The translations under genes and the position numbers were made by a program. A model generated the notes under the pieces. That model searched no databases. It was not told the origin of the DNA and worked only from the letters and a program-made list of their open reading frames with translations. Positions 59,246 to 64,000 of a stretch of DNA of 64,000 nucleotides are shown here, in pieces. Each line of letters starts with the position of its first letter. Position 1 is the stretch's first letter. Source of the DNA: Flavobacteriales bacterium (GTDB lineage: Bacteria; Bacteroidota; Bacteroidia; Flavobacteriales; UBA7312); the NCBI GenBank assembly GCA_049890095.1, contig JBMHCD010000010.1, positions 48,881 to 112,880 on the forward strand, in the 5' to 3' direction.

Positions 59246-60136
59246 GTGTTTATAAAGTCAAAAAAGAGATCTATCATTCCTATTTCTGATCCAATTTTTA
59301 TTGAAAAAAAAATTGAGGTGAATGTACAAATCGATGATTCCATTTATGATGATTGTTCTGGAAATAAGTGGTGGAAGTTGAAGTATAATATTTTGCAGGC
59401 TAAGCAAAATAATTTTAATAAAATTTTAACTTTTGGCGGTGCATATTCTAATCATATAGTAGCGACTTCTTGGGCTGCAAAAGAAAGTGGGCTAAAATCA
59501 ATAGGAATAATCAGAGGCGAAGAACTTATTGGTGATAACCCATCATTACAAAGAGCTAAAAAAAATGGAATGGAGTTACACTTTGTCGATAGAATAACAT
59601 ATAGAAAAAAAGATGAAATTAACTGGCAAAAGCAATTTGGTAGTTGTTTTATAGTACCAGAAGGAGGAACAAATAAATTGGCAGTTAAGGGATGTGAAGA
59701 GTTTTTAGTTACAACAGATTTTGATTATGTATGTTGCTCAGTAGGAACAGGAGGTACTATTTCTGGAATAATTAATTCGATTAGTAATCAGCAGTTAGCA
59801 ATAGGATTTAGTGCATTAAAAAATGGATACTTTTTAGAAGATGAGATAAAAAAATATGTATTTTCTTCAAATTGGAGTTTAAATCATGATTTTCATTTTA
59901 ATGGTTACGCAAAAATGAATAAAAAGTTAGTTGATTTTATGAATAACTTCAAAAAAAAATATGCAATAACACTCGATCCCGTTTATACTTCTAAATTGTT
60001 TTATGGTGTTTTCAATTTAATAGAAGAATCTTATTTTAAAGAAAATTCAAAAGTTTTAATTGTACATACGGGAGGTTTGCAAAGCATTGAAGGTATGAAT
60101 TTAAGTATAAAGTCTAAAAAATGGTTTATCGAATAA
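59246..60136 (+). CDS. PLP-dependent ACC deaminase / D-cysteine desulfhydrase family protein
   Basis: SGNK (PLP Lys), TFGGAYSNH, PEGGTN, VGTGGT, LDPVYT, HTGGLQ; exact start uncertain (TTG 59240 or GTG 59246). Confidence 0.88.
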   Translation: MFIKSKKRSIIPISDPIFIEKKIEVNVQIDDSIYDDCSGNKWWKLKYNILQAKQNNFNKILTFGGAYSNHIVATSWAAKESGLKSIGIIRGEELIGDNPSLQRAKKNGMELHFVDRITYRKKDEINWQKQFGSCFIVPEGGTNKLAVKGCEEFLVTTDFDYVCCSVGTGGTISGIINSISNQQLAIGFSALKNGYFLEDEIKKYVFSSNWSLNHDFHFNGYAKMNKKLVDFMNNFKKKYAITLDPVYTSKLFYGVFNLIEESYFKENSKVLIVHTGGLQSIEGMNLSIKSKKWFIE

Positions 60137-60987
60137 TATTCTTATTTCTTTGTGTTTGTAAGCTATCATTTGCTCAAAAGCTAAGTAGGGAGGATTATAT
60201 AAAAAAGTATAGTGATTTGGCGATTTCTCAAATGAATATTAGTGGAATTCCTGCAAGCATTATTTTATCTCAAGCTATTTTGGAAAGCAATAATGGTAAT
60301 TCTGAGTTAGCACTAAAATCCAATAATCATTTTGGTATTAAATGCCATAATACATGGAATGGTAAACGAGTTTATCACGATGATGATCTGAAACAAGAGT
60401 GTTTTAGAAAATATGCAAGTGTTAAAAAATCTTATGAAGATCATTCTCAATTTTTAAAGAAAAAGAGATATGCTTTTTTATTTGATATTCCTATCTCTAA
60501 TTATAAAGGCTGGGCAAAAGGGCTAAAAAAAGCAGGATATGCTACTAATTCAAAGTATCCTAGCTTATTGATTTCCATTATAGAAAAGAATGATTTAACT
60601 CGCTTTGATAAACAACAATTAAGTGATTCTGTCTATTTTGTTAGCGGTACAAGTTATGGTTATCCATACATATTGAGTCAGCAATTTTTGTATTCTAATG
60701 AGTCAAAAGAATATTATCTGTCGACTAAATTTCTTGCTTCTTTAACAGATTTAAACATTCAGCTTGGTGGAGGAAAATTGCTTACAAATAAAATAGGACT
60801 AGGGTTAAATTTTGGCTATTCCTTTAGTAAGCAAGAAAACAGTTATAATTACGAACCATTTTTTGGTTTAGAATCAAAATTTTTAATTTATATAAAAAAT
60901 AGTAAAAAGCTTGTAATTGATGTTTTTGTTAATACAAATACTGATTTTGAAATGATTCCAGCAATTTCGATTGGATTATTAAGATAA
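60121..60987 (+). CDS. GH73 glucosaminidase with a non-LysM, beta-barrel-like C-terminus
   Basis: IPASIILSQAILES, NNHFGIKC, CFRKY, GLKKAGYAT. Confidence 0.88.
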   Translation: MVYRIIFLFLCVCKLSFAQKLSREDYIKKYSDLAISQMNISGIPASIILSQAILESNNGNSELALKSNNHFGIKCHNTWNGKRVYHDDDLKQECFRKYASVKKSYEDHSQFLKKKRYAFLFDIPISNYKGWAKGLKKAGYATNSKYPSLLISIIEKNDLTRFDKQQLSDSVYFVSGTSYGYPYILSQQFLYSNESKEYYLSTKFLASLTDLNIQLGGGKLLTNKIGLGLNFGYSFSKQENSYNYEPFFGLESKFLIYIKNSKKLVIDVFVNTNTDFEMIPAISIGLLR

Positions 60988-60991
60988 GGAA

Positions 60992-63625
60992 TTATTCTAA
61001 GCTATAATTGTATAGTATTTTATTATTACCCACGATCAAGTTTAATTGCCCATCTTTTTCTAAATCAACACAATTAAATTCTCCTTGACCATATACAGGT
61101 GTTCCAAATGCTTTTTTACCGTTATTGTCTAAAATAGTTATAAACTCACCTCCAGAAATTCCTAAGTAATAATTATTTTTGAAATTAAAGCAAGCTGGTC
61201 TTAGATCGATTGTTTGATTTGACCTGAACAAAAGAGATTCTCCTTGAAAGCATTCAATAACTTCATTGTTTGAGACCATAAACTCAATTACCTTATCCTC
61301 ATTCATTTGATTAGCTAAAAAGTAGTGGTTTTGTTTGGAATTACTGTGAATTTTAGATTGTTTCTGATTTAAATCAGTAGCCCAAATATTTCCATCTTTA
61401 TCCGAAGAATAAACGTAAGCAAAATTTTGATCTACAAAATATTCATCATTTAAAGGAATATTGCCAAGATTAACTCTAGTTTTACCATTACGTCCAACGA
61501 TTTTTGCATTTCCTGAATCATCCACAACATAGATGTAATCTTTTCCTTTGTAAACGATATATTTTAAATTTCTTGAAATTTTATCTTCCATTGGTTCATG
61601 CTTCCACCCTGAAACAATGTTGCCATATTTATCGTAATTAGAAATATCATTTTGTTCGTTTGAAACTAAAATTCGGTATTTTTTTGTATTGTCATAATCA
61701 AGTAATTTATGTCCTGAAGTAGCTTTGATTTTTAATGGAATAGGATAATTCTCTACATTGTTGCCGTTTCTATCTATTAAATATAGACTATCTGATGTGT
61801 TAAATAAAATTTGCAGTTTATTGTTTTTATAAAAATCGATTTGATTAACATCTCCTAAAATTTTAGAGCCAATTTTTTTACTCCATAAAATCTTACCACT
61901 TGAGGATATTAGGTAAATTTTATTATCAATGTCTTGTGTGAAAACCTCATTTTGTTTATTCCTATGATTTATAAGAATTTGTGGTTTGAGTATGATACTA
62001 TTATCTAGATTTAGACTCCAATTTAACTGGCCTTGTTTTTTTAGATTTTCTTCAAAGTTTAAAACTACATTATTATTAAATAATTCATTGTTTGCAGTAA
62101 GCTGGTAAGCGAATCCGCTTACATTAGACCAGTTTTCTGAAATAATAAATGGTTTCCAAGCAGTTTTAACTTTTTCTTTCCAATTGCCAATGGCAGGGTT
62201 TGTGTAGTATAAGAAGTTACTTTTTCCAAACAAATTTTGAGAAAATAAAGAGTATGAAGAGTTTCTTTCCAAAACACTACCAGACATGAAGTTATTGATA
62301 AATGTTTTAAGTGCTGATTGAGATTGTGCAAATACAAGATATCCATCAATCCATGTAAAAAAGCTACAGTTGTTAGCATCAAAAAGTGGACCGAAAAGTT
62401 TTGGAAATAGATATGGTAAATTTAAATTAATGAGTTTGTAATTTCTATAATTTTCAACTTCTAAATCAGTATCTCCATTTGTAGATTCAGCAATAAATTG
62501 TAAAATATCTGTAGATTCTTTTTTAGATTCAATTAAAATATAGTTTTCGTCTTTATCTGAAGAGTGTGTTGTTAAATGAATAATTTCATTTTCGATAATG
62601 GCGTTAAAAGTATTTACAATATCAACATTAAATTGTATTTGAATATCTTGTAGCCATTTGCTATGATCATATAAATTATTGTGTTTGGCTAAAAATTCTT
62701 TGTAGTTTTTGTAGTAAATATTGAAATCGCTGAGAGCGAGCACAATAGATTTACTAGTATTGGATGGTGCAACTCTGCTAAATTCAATTTTTACAGGCTC
62801 TTGATTTCTTAAGGTAGTCAGATAGTTAGAAGAAGAGTCTTTTGCTAAAGTAAATCCGTTAAATAAGAAAGTATTATCTTTTACTTTAAAATCAAGTTCT
62901 GCCCAATTAGCCCATCGACTAATTTCTATTTTGTGTCTTGATGATATTTCGATGTTTTCGTCTAAAAGGTTTGCAAGTTGCTTGTAGTTAACATAAAAGT
63001 GTGAATTTGCGAAAGAACTTTCTGTAGATTCTAGTCTTTTAAAAGAATTATCGTCGGCTAAACTGAGTTCGTTGTTTAGTTGACGTATGCTTTGTTCTAT
63101 TAATAATGGTGATGGGCTAATAAACGCAATGTTTTTGTGAATGGATAGATTCCAGCCTTTTTTACTGGTGTAAATGGTAACGTCAGAATAGCTTCGTTCA
63201 GAATAATTTGTTTGCAAAAAATAGTTAGTGAGAAAATCTTTTTGACTATCCTCAATTAGGATCGCAAAAAATGGCATATAGTCTTGCTCGCTATTATGCA
63301 TTGAAAAGTAAATTGTATTATCGTTAAAAATATTTTTCAGAATTACATTTGTGTCAAGTTCTGAAGAAAAAAAATTGATTTCTTTTACTAATTGATTTAT
63401 TGGTTGAGCATCGGTAAGTTTATTCCATAAATTAGAATTATTAATTTCTTTCCAACTACTATTCCAGTCGTTACTTTTAATAATGATAGAAGCATTGTTT
63501 GGAATGGCTTGAATAGCTTGAAAATTAGATTTTTTTATTTCTTGATATTTATTGAATCCAAGAAAACCTATAATTAAAATCAATATAATGGGAGTTAATC
63601 CTAATCCTATTTTTTTATAATTCAT
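60992..63625 (-). CDS. Large membrane-anchored periplasmic protein (DUF3352-like) with a C-terminal beta-propeller
   Basis: N-terminal TM helix, WAELD motif, FG-GAP-like loops DFYKNNKLQ, DYDNTKKYR, DLEKDGQLN. Confidence 0.65.
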   Translation of the reverse strand: MNYKKIGLGLTPIILILIIGFLGFNKYQEIKKSNFQAIQAIPNNASIIIKSNDWNSSWKEINNSNLWNKLTDAQPINQLVKEINFFSSELDTNVILKNIFNDNTIYFSMHNSEQDYMPFFAILIEDSQKDFLTNYFLQTNYSERSYSDVTIYTSKKGWNLSIHKNIAFISPSPLLIEQSIRQLNNELSLADDNSFKRLESTESSFANSHFYVNYKQLANLLDENIEISSRHKIEISRWANWAELDFKVKDNTFLFNGFTLAKDSSSNYLTTLRNQEPVKIEFSRVAPSNTSKSIVLALSDFNIYYKNYKEFLAKHNNLYDHSKWLQDIQIQFNVDIVNTFNAIIENEIIHLTTHSSDKDENYILIESKKESTDILQFIAESTNGDTDLEVENYRNYKLINLNLPYLFPKLFGPLFDANNCSFFTWIDGYLVFAQSQSALKTFINNFMSGSVLERNSSYSLFSQNLFGKSNFLYYTNPAIGNWKEKVKTAWKPFIISENWSNVSGFAYQLTANNELFNNNVVLNFEENLKKQGQLNWSLNLDNSIILKPQILINHRNKQNEVFTQDIDNKIYLISSSGKILWSKKIGSKILGDVNQIDFYKNNKLQILFNTSDSLYLIDRNGNNVENYPIPLKIKATSGHKLLDYDNTKKYRILVSNEQNDISNYDKYGNIVSGWKHEPMEDKISRNLKYIVYKGKDYIYVVDDSGNAKIVGRNGKTRVNLGNIPLNDEYFVDQNFAYVYSSDKDGNIWATDLNQKQSKIHSNSKQNHYFLANQMNEDKVIEFMVSNNEVIECFQGESLLFRSNQTIDLRPACFNFKNNYYLGISGGEFITILDNNGKKAFGTPVYGQGEFNCVDLEKDGQLNLIVGNNKILYNYSLE

Positions 63626-63645
63626 TTTTTATGATAATAATATTT

Positions 63646-63653
63646 CAAATTTA
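63646..63653 (-). promoter_or_regulatory. SigmaA -7 element (TAAATTTG)
   Basis: CAAATTTA on + strand, 21 nt upstream of ATG 63625. Confidence 0.5.
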
Positions 63654-63663
63654 TAAAATATGT

Positions 63664-64000
63664 TTAAAAGTTAAATTTCAGTTGAGGTGGAAGTAATTGA
63701 AATGATTTTCTATGGTGTTCAGTATGTCCAATTTTAGAGATAGCTGCTCTGTGTTTGGCAGTCGGATATCCTTTATTGTTTTTCCAGTCATATTCAGGAT
63801 AAATCTGATCTAGCTCATTCATATACTTGTCTCTTGATGTTTTTGCTAAAATAGATGCTGCCGCAATAGATAGAAATTTAGAATCTCCTTTAATTATACA
63901 ATGATGTTTAATATTTTGATACTGATTAAACTTATTTCCGTCGATGAGCAATAATTCTGGCTTTATGCTTAATTGATCAATTGCCCTGTGCATAGCTAAA
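63664..64000 (-). CDS. rnhB: Ribonuclease HII, C-terminal part (starts beyond the window)
   Basis: LLIDGN, IIKGD, SIAAASILAK, NKGYPT, HHRKSF. Confidence 0.96.
   Translation of the reverse strand, partial: LAMHRAIDQLSIKPELLLIDGNKFNQYQNIKHHCIIKGDSKFLSIAAASILAKTSRDKYMNELDQIYPEYDWKNNKGYPTAKHRAAISKIGHTEHHRKSFQLLPPQLKFNF

Noticed and set aside
59161-59343. 60-aa minus-strand ORF from the track
   Set aside because: It overlaps the PLP-enzyme gene and both promoters; the real small gene is 59009-59185 in another frame

Overview
AT-rich chromosomal segment of a Bacteroidota (Flavobacteriales-like) bacterium. The assignment rests on TAnnTTTG promoters, the porP-gldKLMN operon, the long-form urocanase and the pdhA-pdhC pairing. 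From left to right the window holds: a partial heme A synthase; a triply frameshifted secreted fibre-like gene; groEL-groES; the miaB/sigma54-activator/lptE/TPR/secG operon; topA; an arginase-fold protein; the T9SS/gliding motor operon porP-gldKLMN; a ~21 kb, 18-gene surface-glycan locus (WbpA/B/D/E/I diacetamido-uronic acid pathway, three Wzx, Wzy, Wzz, two initiating transferases); a 2341-aa SprB-repeat T9SS cargo; a duplicated TPR-SPOR protein; beta-barrel and lipoprotein genes; pheT; recG; pdhCA; hutU with an uncalled small Cys-rich ORF; a PLP enzyme; a GH73 glucosaminidase; a large membrane-anchored protein; and a partial rnhB. No rRNA, tRNA, CRISPR array or transposase was seen. Main leads: (1) a candidate sigma54 circuit, in which a sensor-less bEBP with CTGACA-N3-TGTCAG sites would activate a -24/-12 promoter at groESL and repress its own operon; (2) a contiguous T9SS motor + Wbp glycan + cargo block, where the cargo carries ~50 Bacteroidota O-glycosylation sequons; (3) a GH73 that appears fused to a beta-barrel instead of LysM. 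All family calls come from motif recognition by eye; no searches were run.
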